Positions 39,997 through 50,543 of a stretch of DNA of 64,000 nt are shown here, piece by piece (position 1 is the stretch's first letter; each line of letters starts with the position of its first letter). Source of the stretch: an uncultured delta proteobacterium. Lineage in GTDB: Bacteria > Desulfobacterota > Binatia > HRBIN30 > BPIQ01. The stretch lies in the NCBI GenBank assembly GCA_963761335.1, contig CAVXGR010000021.1, positions 128,001 through 192,000 on the forward strand, given 5' to 3'. Both the position numbers and the translations under genes were made by a program. The notes under the pieces were generated by a model that searched no databases, had not been told where the DNA came from, and saw only the letters and a list, made by a program, of their open reading frames with translations.

Positions 39997-42900
39997 TCAA
40001 CTATCGCTGGCATTCATCCGCTGCAAGACACACGCGATGTCGGCGGCGGTGACGTCGCCGTCCTGGTTGCAGTCGGCGTCGCACAGCGAAGCGGCGATCG
40101 GGTCGAAGGCGGCGGTCGCGGTGGCGGCAAGATCGCCTGCTTCGAGCTGCTCGTTGCAGTTGGCGTCGCCCGGGAAGGTCATCCTCTTGCACGGGACGAT
40201 CTTCACTGCCCCGTTCAAGGTCCCGCTGAGGTCCATGCCGGTGGCCGTGCCCCCGCCGCCGCTGTAGGCGGCGTTGTGCACGTCGACCCGCAACACGTGC
40301 TTTCCGGTGGCCAGGGCGAAGCCGGGGATTGTCGCCGGGCTCGTGAAGCCGGAGACGGTTGTCACCGGCGTCGAATCGAGGAAGACGTCCGCGCTGTTGT
40401 CCGCCAGGATCTGCAGCGACTCCGGTACGAGCGGCCCGCATTGCTCCCAGCAGAGCTGGTAGGAGTACAGCCCCCCCGGGCAGTCGGTCGTCGTCGTAGT
40501 GCTGCATCCGGTATTTGCGGAGATCCACTGCGTGTTGGCCAGGGTGGTCCAGGCGCTGTTGGGTGTGATGACCGTCGCGGGCCCGGGGGAGAAGCCGGTT
40601 GTCCCCGGCGGGGCCGCGATCAGCGACCAGATCGGGTCGCTGTTTCCGACGGAAGCGTTCGTGCCGCTCGAAATCAACAAGGAGATCGGCTCGCCGCAGG
40701 TGGGCGTCGGCGTCGAGGTCGCTGTGGCGGTGGGGGTGCGCGTCGGCGTGGCTGTCGGTGTCGATGTCGCTGTGGCGGTGAACGTGGGGGTCTCAATCTC
40801 GCACGGCACGATCTTCACGGAGCCGTTCAAGTGCCCACTGAGGTCCATGCCGGTCGCCGTGCCCCCGCCACCGCTGTAGGGATTGTTGTGCACGTCGACC
40901 TGCAACATATGCATTCCCGTTCCCAGCGTGAAGCCGGGGATCGTCGTCGGCGTGTTGAACCCCGGGACGGTGGTGACCAGACCCCCGTCGATGAAGACGT
41001 CGGCGATGTTGTCCACGAGGATCTGCAGCGACTCCGGCACCAGCGGGCCGCACTGCTCCCAGCAGAGCTTGTACGAGTACACGCCGCCCGGGCAGTCCGT
41101 CGTCGTGGTGTTGGTACACCCCGTGTTGGCGGAGATCCACTGCGCGTTGGGCAAGCTGCCCCAGGCGCCGTTGGGTGCGATGACGGTCGCCGGGCCGGGA
41201 GAGAAGTTCGTCGTCCCCGGCGGGGCGGCAATCAGCGACCAGATCTGATCGCTGTTGCCGACCGGCACACTGTTTCTCCCCGTCGAGATGTCTACGGAGA
41301 TCGGCTCTGCGCACGTCGGTGTGGGGGTCGCGGTTCTGGTCGCGGTGAACGACGCCGAAGCAGTGGGCGTCGGCGTCACCGTCGGTACCGGCGTTTTGCA
41401 CTTGCCCACCGACCTTGCATTGAAGATGGCTTGAATCTCCTGCAGCGTCAGGGCGCGATCGAAGATCTCCACTTCGTCAATTCCGCCCTGGAACGGCTGC
41501 GCCGGCGAGAGATAGCGCTGGCCGAATCTCAGGCTCGCCGTGTTGGCGATACTGCCCGGGTGTCCGGTTGGGTCGAAGGTGAGGGCGAGCTGGCCGTCGA
41601 CGTAGAGCCGCCCGCCGGTCTGCGAGGCGCGATCGACCGTGACTGCAACCTGATGCCAATTGCCGTCATTGATTGCCGGACCGGGAGAGTTGTAGTTGGT
41701 GAACGGCAGTCCGTCGCCGAGCTGAAATCCCAGCACTCCACCGAAGAGGAACAGGTGATAGCCGACGGGATTGGCGCTCGTGCCGGTGCGCTTGTCGATG
41801 ATCGCCGCCGTGGTGGTGTTGGTCGTACGGACCCACGCATCGATGGAGAACGGTCCGGCAAAGTTGAGGACCGGATCGTCGGGCACCTCGACGAAATCCG
41901 CCGTGGCGCTGAAGGAGAACGCGGCGTTGACCTGTCCCGCGGTGTACGTCGCCGCCCCTTGCAGAACGCCGTCGTTCGCGAACCCCGAGATGTCGCTGGG
42001 GCTGTTGTCCCCCGGCCACCAGCCCACCAGGTTCGGCGGCGCCGGAATGCAGGTCGAGGTCGGCGTCGATGTGGGAGTGTAGCTCCGCGTCGGCGTGGGT
42101 GTGGGCGTCGGCGGCCGCGAGACGACGAAGGAAGGCGTGGCCGTGGGAGTCTCGGTAGGCGTGGCTGTCGGCGAAGGCGGCTGCGTATGCGTCGGCGTCC
42201 GCGTCGGAGTCGGTGTGCCGCTTGCCGTTGCCGTTCGCGTCCGCGTCGCCGTTTGTGTCGTCGTTTGCGAGCCGGTGACGGTGGGCGTTGCGGTGCCGGC
42301 CGGCGTCGGCGTGACCGGCACCTGATCGCCGATGGCGAGGCTGTGGATCTCTCCTGCCTCGACCAGCAGCACGAACGGCAGGGGTGCGTTGCAGGAAGGG
42401 CCCTCGAGGACAGTGACAGGCGTACTGCTGGGGTTCTGGCTGCAGTCCCCCAGGTTGCCGCGAGGGTTGAGACCACACGCCACCACCGTGCTGTTGCTGA
42501 GCAACACGAGGCTGAAGATCGAACCTCCGGCCACGACGTCGAGCGGAAGCCCCGTCGCCGCCACGGTCAGGCCGCCGCTGAGCACCTTGGTGGCGAAGAC
42601 CAGATTGTTGTTGGTTCCGTCGCAGAGCTGCCCGAACGAGTTGTCTCCCCAGAACCAGACGTCGCCGTTCGCATCCATGGCGATGCTGTGCTGATAGCCG
42701 GCCGCCACATCGACCACGTTGAGCAGCGGGCAGCCGAGCAGCGGCCGCGGAGGGGAAGCGCACTGGGTGACCACGAGAGCGGGCACGAGGCTGTCGTCCA
42801 TGTTGCCGTGACCGAGCTGGCCGCTTCCGTTGACACCCCATGAGAGCACGCTGCCGTCGCACATCATGGCCACCGTGTGGCCTTCTCCACCCACCATCTT

Positions 42901-43638
42901 TGCGACGCCGGTGAGAAAGCCGACATCCGCGGGACCGTGGACCTGCACCGGCGTGTAGCGTTCCGTGGTGCTGTTGTCGCCCAACTGACCGCCGCCGTTG
43001 GCGCCCCAGGCGTAGGCGTCGCCGCCGGCGGCGCAGTCTCCGACGACCGCCAGGCTGTGGTCGCGGCCGGCGCCGACCCCGAAGACGTTGTTGAGAGCCG
43101 GGAAGACGGGGCTCGTCTGACAGGGGAAGTTGCCTGGGGCAACGCCGCAGCTCGCGGGGCCGGGAGGGCCGATCCCCAGCTGACCGTGGTCGTTGGCTCC
43201 CCACGCGGCGATCGTTCCGTTACTGCGCACGACGAGTGTGTGCCCTCCCTCCAGCGCAATGGTCTCCTGCGCCGGGGTCGTGGGCAGTTGCCCGACGAGC
43301 GCCGTCACCTGTACGGGAATCGCGCTGCTCGCCGGGCTGGGGCCGATGCCGAGCTGGCCGGCGAAGTTGCTTCCCCAGGTCCAGATGCGCTGCTGATTGT
43401 CGAGCGCCAGGCTGGATGTGTCTCCGCCTTGGATGTCCACAACGCCGTCGAGGCAGCAGCCGCCGCTTCCATCGAGAACCCCCACGGGCGAGCTCTGGTC
43501 GGCGATCGGCAGGCCGTCGCCGAGCTCGCCGTCGCCGTCTCCGCCCCAGGTGATCCCGAACGGCGGCTGGGCCAGCCCCGCCGCGGGTGAGAACACGACC
43601 AGTACCGTAGCAATCGCCAACTGAGCTTGCCAGTGCAT
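39997..43638 (-). CDS. Secreted RCC1-repeat + LamG + duplicated beta-sandwich domain + dockerin-like protein
   Basis: WGxNxxGQLG repeats, GIDEVEIFDRAL, PT-rich linkers, two ~170-aa repeats, C-terminal PGDANC...ADCNQDGDVTAADI. Confidence 0.9.
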   Translation of the reverse strand: MHWQAQLAIATVLVVFSPAAGLAQPPFGITWGGDGDGELGDGLPIADQSSPVGVLDGSGGCCLDGVVDIQGGDTSSLALDNQQRIWTWGSNFAGQLGIGPSPASSAIPVQVTALVGQLPTTPAQETIALEGGHTLVVRSNGTIAAWGANDHGQLGIGPPGPASCGVAPGNFPCQTSPVFPALNNVFGVGAGRDHSLAVVGDCAAGGDAYAWGANGGGQLGDNSTTERYTPVQVHGPADVGFLTGVAKMVGGEGHTVAMMCDGSVLSWGVNGSGQLGHGNMDDSLVPALVVTQCASPPRPLLGCPLLNVVDVAAGYQHSIAMDANGDVWFWGDNSFGQLCDGTNNNLVFATKVLSGGLTVAATGLPLDVVAGGSIFSLVLLSNSTVVACGLNPRGNLGDCSQNPSSTPVTVLEGPSCNAPLPFVLLVEAGEIHSLAIGDQVPVTPTPAGTATPTVTGSQTTTQTATRTRTATASGTPTPTRTPTHTQPPSPTATPTETPTATPSFVVSRPPTPTPTPTRSYTPTSTPTSTCIPAPPNLVGWWPGDNSPSDISGFANDGVLQGAATYTAGQVNAAFSFSATADFVEVPDDPVLNFAGPFSIDAWVRTTNTTTAAIIDKRTGTSANPVGYHLFLFGGVLGFQLGDGLPFTNYNSPGPAINDGNWHQVAVTVDRASQTGGRLYVDGQLALTFDPTGHPGSIANTASLRFGQRYLSPAQPFQGGIDEVEIFDRALTLQEIQAIFNARSVGKCKTPVPTVTPTPTASASFTATRTATPTPTCAEPISVDISTGRNSVPVGNSDQIWSLIAAPPGTTNFSPGPATVIAPNGAWGSLPNAQWISANTGCTNTTTTDCPGGVYSYKLCWEQCGPLVPESLQILVDNIADVFIDGGLVTTVPGFNTPTTIPGFTLGTGMHMLQVDVHNNPYSGGGGTATGMDLSGHLNGSVKIVPCEIETPTFTATATSTPTATPTRTPTATATSTPTPTCGEPISLLISSGTNASVGNSDPIWSLIAAPPGTTGFSPGPATVITPNSAWTTLANTQWISANTGCSTTTTTDCPGGLYSYQLCWEQCGPLVPESLQILADNSADVFLDSTPVTTVSGFTSPATIPGFALATGKHVLRVDVHNAAYSGGGGTATGMDLSGTLNGAVKIVPCKRMTFPGDANCNEQLEAGDLAATATAAFDPIAASLCDADCNQDGDVTAADIACVLQRMNASDS

Positions 43639-43777
43639 ACCGCCCCTCCTTGACGTACGCGAACGCGATGCCCGAAGACGACCGAACAGAGACCGTGATT
43701 CAACTGCCGGTGTCAGGATGCTACTCCTGTCGGGAGCCGTTGAACAGAGGAAATGAGCCAGCGATTGGAAGCGACGT

Positions 43778-45481
43778 CTAATGTCGATTTAGGATACTGC
43801 TCGCTGGGGCGCGCCGCTTGATGTCGGGGAAGGGCGTGTCGACGTAGTGTGCCTTGATGTAGTCGAGCACGCTCCGTGGCAACAAGCGCGTGAAGTCGTC
43901 GACGATGACGATGGGCACCTGCTGCTGCTCCAGCGCCGCGATGATCGCCGGGCCGCGCTCCTCGTCGGTCATCATCAGCTGCATTTCGTCGTGTAGAAAC
44001 CAGTAGCGGTAGGCGTGCGGACGGAACACGCCCCAGCCGCTGCGGCCGTCGAACACCGGATCGGTGGGCCCCGTGTGCGCCATCACGTAGCTCACCCGCT
44101 GCCGCTCGGGGGTGTTCGGATGGCGCGGGGTCCAGTCCGCCTGCTCGACGAGCGGCAGCACGAGGAGGAGCGCCAGCCAGGCCGCCGGCTCCCACCACCA
44201 GCCGTGGCGCCGGGCCTGGTAGATCGCCGCGGCCGCCGTGAGCCAGAGGGCGGGGACGAGAGCCGCGGCAACGGCCGACAGTGGATTGTTGGAGAGATAG
44301 CGCACGGCGACCAGATCGGCGGCCGAGAGGACGGCGAACAGAGCGATCACCGCTGCACGACCGCGGCGACGCGCGGCGTCCTCGCTGTCGCTTCGACTGA
44401 TGGCGCTCCGCCACCACTCTACCAAGGTTCTCGCCGCCACGATCACGGCGAACGGCAGCAAGAGGATGAAGTACTCCTCCCAGACGACCGGCAGGTAGAA
44501 GACGCCGATGCAGAGCGAGAGCAGAAACAGGTCGGGAAGGTCCGCGGGCGTCAGCGCCCCGCGCCGCCGCCACAGCGACCATATCCGCCTCGCCGCGCCG
44601 GCCGCGGCCACGGCATAAATGACGCCGTCGCTGGCGAGCAGTACCTCGAGCTCCCGCCACGGGAAGTGCCGCGCCTTCCAGGCCATATTGAGCAGCACGG
44701 CGTCGCGCACCATTCCCGCCATCCCGGCGACGCCCAGCAGCGGCACCAGGAGGAGCACGGGGCTGAGGCCACCGGCGACGTATGCGGCGAGGTCCCGCGC
44801 CAGGCTGCGGCGCTGCGCCGGCAGCGAGAGCCCGCGCACACCGGTGAGCAGGAGGACGGCTGCGGGCGCGAAGGCCGCCATCGCCGCCTTCTGCGTGATC
44901 AGCACGGCGATTCCCAGGAGCGCCGCCGAGAAGAAGTATCGCAGCGGATGTTTTCGTTGCACCGGCAGCAGCCAGGCCGAGCCGAGCAGCAGCGGCGCCG
45001 CGTAGGTATCCAGGTAGGTACGCGTCCCCCAGGTGAACAGGCAGACGTTGCCGAGCAGCAGCGCCGCAGCGACGAACCCCGTGGCGCGGTCGGCGCAGGC
45101 GCGCGCCCAGCGCGCGCCGAGCAGGACGGTCAGCAGATGGACGGACAGCGAGAGATAGCGGGCATCGATCATGGTGTCGAAGCTCGGCGCCCGCATCGGG
45201 ATCAGCGCCGCGAGCACGTAGTAGAGCAGCGGCGTGTGATGCTCGAAGAAGTCGACGAAGGGCGTCTGGCCGCGCGCCACCAGATACGCGGCGTGCATGT
45301 GCTGATACTCGTCGTACGCCAGCACGGCGTGGCGCACGCAGACGATACACAGCCCGACCGCGACGGTCGCCAGGACGGCGAGCAGCACGAGCCAGGCGGC
45401 CGGCGCTTCCGGGGCGTTCCCGCGCGCCGGTGGCGCCTGCGGCGGCGCCACCCCAGGCGGCGCCATCAGCGGGGCGGTCAC
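43778..45481 (-). CDS. GT-C fold membrane glycosyltransferase (ArnT/PMT-like)
   Basis: YDEYQH, PFVDFFEHHTP, multiple TM helices. Confidence 0.78.
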   Translation of the reverse strand: MTAPLMAPPGVAPPQAPPARGNAPEAPAAWLVLLAVLATVAVGLCIVCVRHAVLAYDEYQHMHAAYLVARGQTPFVDFFEHHTPLLYYVLAALIPMRAPSFDTMIDARYLSLSVHLLTVLLGARWARACADRATGFVAAALLLGNVCLFTWGTRTYLDTYAAPLLLGSAWLLPVQRKHPLRYFFSAALLGIAVLITQKAAMAAFAPAAVLLLTGVRGLSLPAQRRSLARDLAAYVAGGLSPVLLLVPLLGVAGMAGMVRDAVLLNMAWKARHFPWRELEVLLASDGVIYAVAAAGAARRIWSLWRRRGALTPADLPDLFLLSLCIGVFYLPVVWEEYFILLLPFAVIVAARTLVEWWRSAISRSDSEDAARRRGRAAVIALFAVLSAADLVAVRYLSNNPLSAVAAALVPALWLTAAAAIYQARRHGWWWEPAAWLALLLVLPLVEQADWTPRHPNTPERQRVSYVMAHTGPTDPVFDGRSGWGVFRPHAYRYWFLHDEMQLMMTDEERGPAIIAALEQQQVPIVIVDDFTRLLPRSVLDYIKAHYVDTPFPDIKRRAPASSILNRH

Positions 45482-47799
45482 TTACCGCTCCCGAGCGCCG
45501 CGGCCGCGGCGCCGAGATCGCCGCGGCTCAGCAAGGCGGCGGCCACCGCATCGGCGGCGACGCGGTGACCGGCCGCGGTCCAGTGCGTGTTCCAGCGCTG
45601 ATACGGGCAGCCGGAAGGCGCGGCGCGCAGCGCCGGCCTCAGGTCGATGGTCTGGATGCCGAGCTCGTCGGCGATGGCGCGCGTCCGCCGCTGCGGCAGG
45701 TCGAGATCGAAGCGCCGCGCGTCGTGAAGGTCGATGCCGCGCGGATAGTAGCCGAGGTCGGAAGGGGCGCAGACCTGCACCGACGCCGGAATCAGAGCCA
45801 GCACCAGGCGTGCCGACACGGCGTGTGCCGTCTCGGCCATCTGGCGCAGGCGTTCCTCGACGAGTCGTTGGGCTTCGGCATCGTGCCGCGAGCCATCGCG
45901 CTCCAGGGTCGCGAACTGTCCGAGGAACATCCCGTACGACCACGGTCTCGACAGAGCTCCGTACAGTACCCGGGAGACGGTGTGCCGCAGCTCCTTGCGC
46001 AGCTCGGTCAAGGTGAGGATCGCCCACCAGCCGTCGAGGGGAGGGCGGCCGAAGCCGATGTCGTCGCGAAACTCCTGGTTGCTCATCAGCACGTCGTCGA
46101 ACTCGTTGGTGAAGAAGCCGACGACGATCACGTCGGGGCGATACACCGGGGCAAATTGGGCCAGCACCTCGGCGTATTGGTTCGGCCCGTATCCGGTGAT
46201 CGCGAAGTTCAACACCTCGACCGGCCGGTGCAGCTGGGCGCGCAGCTGCGTCTCGAGCAAGCGCGGCCAGGCCTGCTCGGTGTTCACGCCTTCGGCGCTG
46301 GTGAAGGCGTCGCCGGTGGTCATGATGCGCAGGGTTCCCGCCGCTCGCTGTGCCGGGTACTCCGGGCCGGGGAACCCCAGCGCGTTGGCGGTCACCACGT
46401 AGTCATAGCTCTCCCAGCGCAAACGGGTGCGCTGCCCCGGGCGGAGGCGCCAGCCGAGCTGCGCGTCGGCCTCGAGCGACGGCCGCTCGCCCCAACCGAG
46501 CGCCTCCTGCGGATCGAAGTGGCGGACGGCGAGCTCGCCGCCCACCAGCAGCAGGGCGGCGATCGCCGCCATCAGTGCCGCCGTGCGGAGCACCCGGGGC
46601 GGCACGGCGCGCTTGCGGAATCGCATTGGCGCTGCGGCCAGCCATTCGAGGCCGACGGCCGCAAAGGGCGTCATCAGCGCCGCAGCGACGCTTCTGCCGA
46701 GCAGGGCCGATGCTCCCCTGGCGCCGAATCCGAACGGGAGGCACCAGGTGATGATCGGCTGGTGGATGAGATAGAGCGAATACGTGTGTCGTCCGAGCCA
46801 CTCCCCCAACCCGGAGCCCGCCGCTCGCCGCGGCCCGCCGAGCACCGCGTAGCACAGGACGAAGGCGCTCACCCCGAGCAGAAAGGGCGCCACCGACATG
46901 CCGAGCAGGGTGAGCGACAGCAGTGTCGCCACGGCATAGGTCAGCACCGCGAGTGCCACTGCGCCGGGTCCTCGCAGGCGGCGATCCAGCCGCTCCGGTG
47001 CGCGCGCCATCCAGGCGGCGAGGCTCATGCCGAAGACGAACTCGGGCAGGCGGGTGAGGAACAGGGCCCCGAGCGACCAGGCCTCGAGGCCGGACGGCAG
47101 GAGCAGCAGGCCGAGCCCGCGCAGGGGCAACGCCACGGCGCAGGTGAGCGCCAGCAGGCGGCCGGGGCCGAGCCGCCGCAATCCCATCCAGAGCACCGGG
47201 TAGACCGCGTAGAGCTGGAGGATCAGGCCGACGTACCACCAGGCGGGGACGATGTAGAAGAGCAGTCCCGGGGCGGCGCGGACGCCGAGCAGGCTCAGAT
47301 AGAACCGCGGGTCGCGCAGCATCATGGCGGAGCCGAGTGCCAGCGAGGCCACCAGCAGCACGGCGTGCGCGGCCCACCACTGCGGGTAGATGCGGCGGGC
47401 GCGATCCCAGTAGAAGCGCCGGGCGTCGAGTGCCCCGTTGCGTCGCTGCAGCAGCCCCCACGTCAACCCGAAGCCGCTGACGATGAGGAAGAGCTGCACG
47501 CCCTGGTCGCCCGCCCAGCCGACGTAGCGGAGAAGATTGAGCGGACCGTTCCAGATGCCGCTGCCGTGCAACGGTGCGAGCTGCGCAAGGCGCTCGGCCA
47601 ACGGCGGCCAGTCGCGGGCGGGATTGCCGATCAATGGGTCACCGAAGAGCTGCTCGGTGAGGTGATTGAGGAAGATCCAGACCAGGGCGACGGCCTTGAC
47701 CAGCTCCACCCAGGCGAGACGCGCGGAACGCGAGGCCGAAGCATCGCCGGCCGTGGGGCGGGCTATCGCCGCCTCGGAAGTTGCTGCGGGAAGCGTCAT
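45478..47799 (-). CDS. Acyltransferase_3 + SGNH-like fusion protein
   Basis: GVQLFLIVSGF, RARRIYP, YSLYLIHQP; then NALGFPG, GDAFT, NFAITGYGP, THWTAAGH. Confidence 0.88.
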   Translation of the reverse strand: MTLPAATSEAAIARPTAGDASASRSARLAWVELVKAVALVWIFLNHLTEQLFGDPLIGNPARDWPPLAERLAQLAPLHGSGIWNGPLNLLRYVGWAGDQGVQLFLIVSGFGLTWGLLQRRNGALDARRFYWDRARRIYPQWWAAHAVLLVASLALGSAMMLRDPRFYLSLLGVRAAPGLLFYIVPAWWYVGLILQLYAVYPVLWMGLRRLGPGRLLALTCAVALPLRGLGLLLLPSGLEAWSLGALFLTRLPEFVFGMSLAAWMARAPERLDRRLRGPGAVALAVLTYAVATLLSLTLLGMSVAPFLLGVSAFVLCYAVLGGPRRAAGSGLGEWLGRHTYSLYLIHQPIITWCLPFGFGARGASALLGRSVAAALMTPFAAVGLEWLAAAPMRFRKRAVPPRVLRTAALMAAIAALLLVGGELAVRHFDPQEALGWGERPSLEADAQLGWRLRPGQRTRLRWESYDYVVTANALGFPGPEYPAQRAAGTLRIMTTGDAFTSAEGVNTEQAWPRLLETQLRAQLHRPVEVLNFAITGYGPNQYAEVLAQFAPVYRPDVIVVGFFTNEFDDVLMSNQEFRDDIGFGRPPLDGWWAILTLTELRKELRHTVSRVLYGALSRPWSYGMFLGQFATLERDGSRHDAEAQRLVEERLRQMAETAHAVSARLVLALIPASVQVCAPSDLGYYPRGIDLHDARRFDLDLPQRRTRAIADELGIQTIDLRPALRAAPSGCPYQRWNTHWTAAGHRVAADAVAAALLSRGDLGAAAAALGSGK

Positions 47800-48072
47800 G
47801 GCCCGAGGCGCTCATGCGCCGCTGGGTGGCCATCCAGCGGCGCGAGTGTCATACGCTGTGCGAGCGCACAGGTCAGCGGACAGCGGGGATTGTATCGGGT
47901 CCGGCTCGAGCGGGCTCTCAGCGAGCCGACAGCTCGCGTATTGAGATTCGACATGCTGCCCGAGATGAGACGCTCCAACGCCCGATTGGCGACCTCTCCG
48001 CCCAGCTCACCGCCAGATGGTAGACCCTGCGCTGGGCTTGCTCAAGCCGCAGACGGTTGCCTCGGCACCGGC

Positions 48073-48519
48073 TCAGCCGTATCGCAGCGATCCCGGGGTG
48101 GTCAGCGGCTCGCCTGTCTCGAGCCACGTCTTCAGGCCGGAGAGGATCATCGGCCAGCCTGCGTAGAGCTCGGGGTTGGCGCCCTCGCGAAGCTGGTCGT
48201 GGGTGACGATCAGGCAACAGGAATCGCGGATCGGTTGGATCTCCCAGGTGACCCGCGAGGGGCCCTCGCTCTTCACGTCTTCGCCCCAGAGCGCGACCAT
48301 GCTCTGGACGAGCCGGTGCGGTGGCTCGGCCTCGAGGATCTCCCCTTCGCCGAGGAGTTGGTCGGCCTTCGGGGCGCTCATCTCGAAGCGCGATCCGGGT
48401 GTCCAGTCCGAGATGATCCGGGCGCCGAAGTTGTACTTGCTCCGGATCTCCGGATCAGTGATCGCTTGCCAGAGGCGCTCGGGGGTCGTCTTGATGTAGA
48501 TCTCGAAAACCTTCTCCAT
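48073..48519 (-). CDS. SRPBCC/AHSA1-like protein
   Basis: IYIKTTPERLWQAITDP, GWPMILSGLKTWLETG; AGGAG RBS. Confidence 0.88.
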   Translation of the reverse strand: MEKVFEIYIKTTPERLWQAITDPEIRSKYNFGARIISDWTPGSRFEMSAPKADQLLGEGEILEAEPPHRLVQSMVALWGEDVKSEGPSRVTWEIQPIRDSCCLIVTHDQLREGANPELYAGWPMILSGLKTWLETGEPLTTPGSLRYG

Positions 48520-48714
48520 GGGATTCTCCTGTGAGGATGGGGACACTCTGATCAATTGACGTTTCAAGCGGTGGGATTTCGACAGCTCATTGGTTGGATG
48601 GAAGGGGAGACGGACTTCTTTGCGCCTTCGCGTCTCTGCGTTTCTCTCTGTATCCGCCGCGGTCCCCGTTTGCCTTCTTCGCCCACGAGCAACTATGGAG
48701 AGCCAGGGCCCTCA

Positions 48715-50355
48715 ATGGCATTCACTCTGGCGGACATCAACGAGGCGATCGCGGAAGCGATTCCGGAGCGCGAGGCGATTGTCTATCGCGATCGGCGGCT
48801 GACCTGGCGCGACCTGCAGCGGCGCACGCGGCGGTTGGCACGGGTGCTCATCGACAAGGGGATTGGCTTGCACCGCGGGCGCGAGTCGCTGCAGCGGTGG
48901 GAGTCGGGGCAGGATCACGTCGCCCTCTATCTCTACAACGGCAACGAGTATCTCGAGGGGATGATCGCGGCCTCCAAGGCGCGCGCCGCTTCCGTTAACG
49001 TCAACTACCGCTACGTCGACGAGGAGCTCGCCTATCTGCTCGGCGACGCGCGGCCGCGCGCCATCGTCTATCACGCCTGCTTCGCGCCGCGGCTGGCGCG
49101 CCTGCTGCCGCGTCTCGCCGGCGTCGAGCTGCTGCTGCAGGTCGCCGACGGCAGCGGCGAGGCGCTGCTCCCGGGAGCCGTCGACTACGAGGAGGCCCTG
49201 GCCGGCGCCAGCGATGCTCCCGTGGAGCGGCGGCCGGCGAACGACGACCTCTACATCCTCTACACCGGGGGCACGACCGGCATGCCCAAGGGAGTGCTGT
49301 GGCGCCAGGAGGACATCTTCTTCGCGGCTCTCGGCGGGCGCGTTCCCGGGATGGAGGCGGTGAAGAGCATCGAGGAGCTGGTCGACCGCGCCCGCCACGG
49401 TGGCGAGCTGCTGCGCATGCTGCCGGCGCCGCCCTTCATGCACGGCGCCGCGCACTGGTCGGCGTTCATGATGCTGCACCAGGGCGGCACGGTGGTCATT
49501 CCCACCGAGACCAGCCGCCTCGACGCCGACGACATCTGGAGAACCGCCGAGCGCGAGCACGTCGCCTCGGTGACCATCGTCGGCGACGCCTTTGCCCGCC
49601 CTCTTCTCGATCAGCTCCGCCAGGGTCGGTACGACCTGTCGCAGCTGCACATCCTCGGCTCCGGAGGCGCCATCTTCTCCCCGCCGATGAAGGCGGCATT
49701 TCTCGAGCTGCTGCCCCACATCATGATCTTCGACGGCTTCGGTGCCTCGGAGACCGGTGCGCAGGGCTCGACGATGACCGCCGTGGGCATGGAGAGCGCC
49801 GCCTCGGCATTTCGCATGGACGAGCACACCGTGGTCCTCGACGAGGGGATGACGCGGCCGCTGCAGCCGGGAGAGACGGCGATGGGCTGGGTGGCGCGTA
49901 CCGGACACGTGCCCCTCGGCTATCTCGGCGACGAGGCGAAGACGTGGCGCACCTATCCCGTGATCGACGGCAAACGCTACGCCGTCCCCGGCGACCGCGC
50001 TCAGCTGGCGCCCGACGGCACCATCATCGTCTTCGGGCGCGACTCGGTGTGCATCAACACCGGCGGCGAGAAGGTGTTTGCCGAGGAGGTGGAGCGCGCT
50101 CTCAAGCGGCACCCCGCGGTGTACGACGTGGTGGTCGCCGGCGCACCCAGCGAGCGCTGGGGCGAGCAGGTGGCGGCCGTCGTCGCCCTGCGGCCCGGCA
50201 TGCAGGCGACCCCGGAGGAGCTGTGCGACACTGCCGCCGAGGAGATTGCCCGCTACAAGCTCCCCAAGGCCCTCGTCTTCGTCGACACCGTGATGAGAAC
50301 GCCGAGCGGCAAGCCCGATTATCGCTGGGCGAAGGAGAAGGTGTTGCGGGGGTGA
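48715..50355 (+). CDS. Acyl-CoA synthetase, FadD19-like
   Basis: YTGGTTGMPKG, FGASETG, INTGGEKVFAEEVE, SGKPDY. Confidence 0.92.
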   Translation: MAFTLADINEAIAEAIPEREAIVYRDRRLTWRDLQRRTRRLARVLIDKGIGLHRGRESLQRWESGQDHVALYLYNGNEYLEGMIAASKARAASVNVNYRYVDEELAYLLGDARPRAIVYHACFAPRLARLLPRLAGVELLLQVADGSGEALLPGAVDYEEALAGASDAPVERRPANDDLYILYTGGTTGMPKGVLWRQEDIFFAALGGRVPGMEAVKSIEELVDRARHGGELLRMLPAPPFMHGAAHWSAFMMLHQGGTVVIPTETSRLDADDIWRTAEREHVASVTIVGDAFARPLLDQLRQGRYDLSQLHILGSGGAIFSPPMKAAFLELLPHIMIFDGFGASETGAQGSTMTAVGMESAASAFRMDEHTVVLDEGMTRPLQPGETAMGWVARTGHVPLGYLGDEAKTWRTYPVIDGKRYAVPGDRAQLAPDGTIIVFGRDSVCINTGGEKVFAEEVERALKRHPAVYDVVVAGAPSERWGEQVAAVVALRPGMQATPEELCDTAAEEIARYKLPKALVFVDTVMRTPSGKPDYRWAKEKVLRG

Positions 50356-50543
50356 GGGGGTAGGTGTTGAGGGTGAAGAGATCCTCGCGCCGTAGCGCCG
50401 TCGCCTGAGACAGAAGACAAGACGCAATCCCCAATTCCCCCAACACCCAACACCTCATCTTCCGGCCCCCCTTGCCTGGACGGGGGCCGTTCTTTAAGGA
50501 TTGTCTCTACACCTCAGCAGGGATTTTTCCACTGACGACGCAG

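Noticed and set aside
39826..42843. 1005-aa plus-strand ORF
   Set aside because: Arg/Gly-rich antisense shadow of the RCC1-LamG gene with no motifs; typical of high-GC DNA
45430..48534. 1034-aa plus-strand ORF
   Set aside because: Shadow across the acyltransferase and SRPBCC genes on the opposite strand; no recognisable domain
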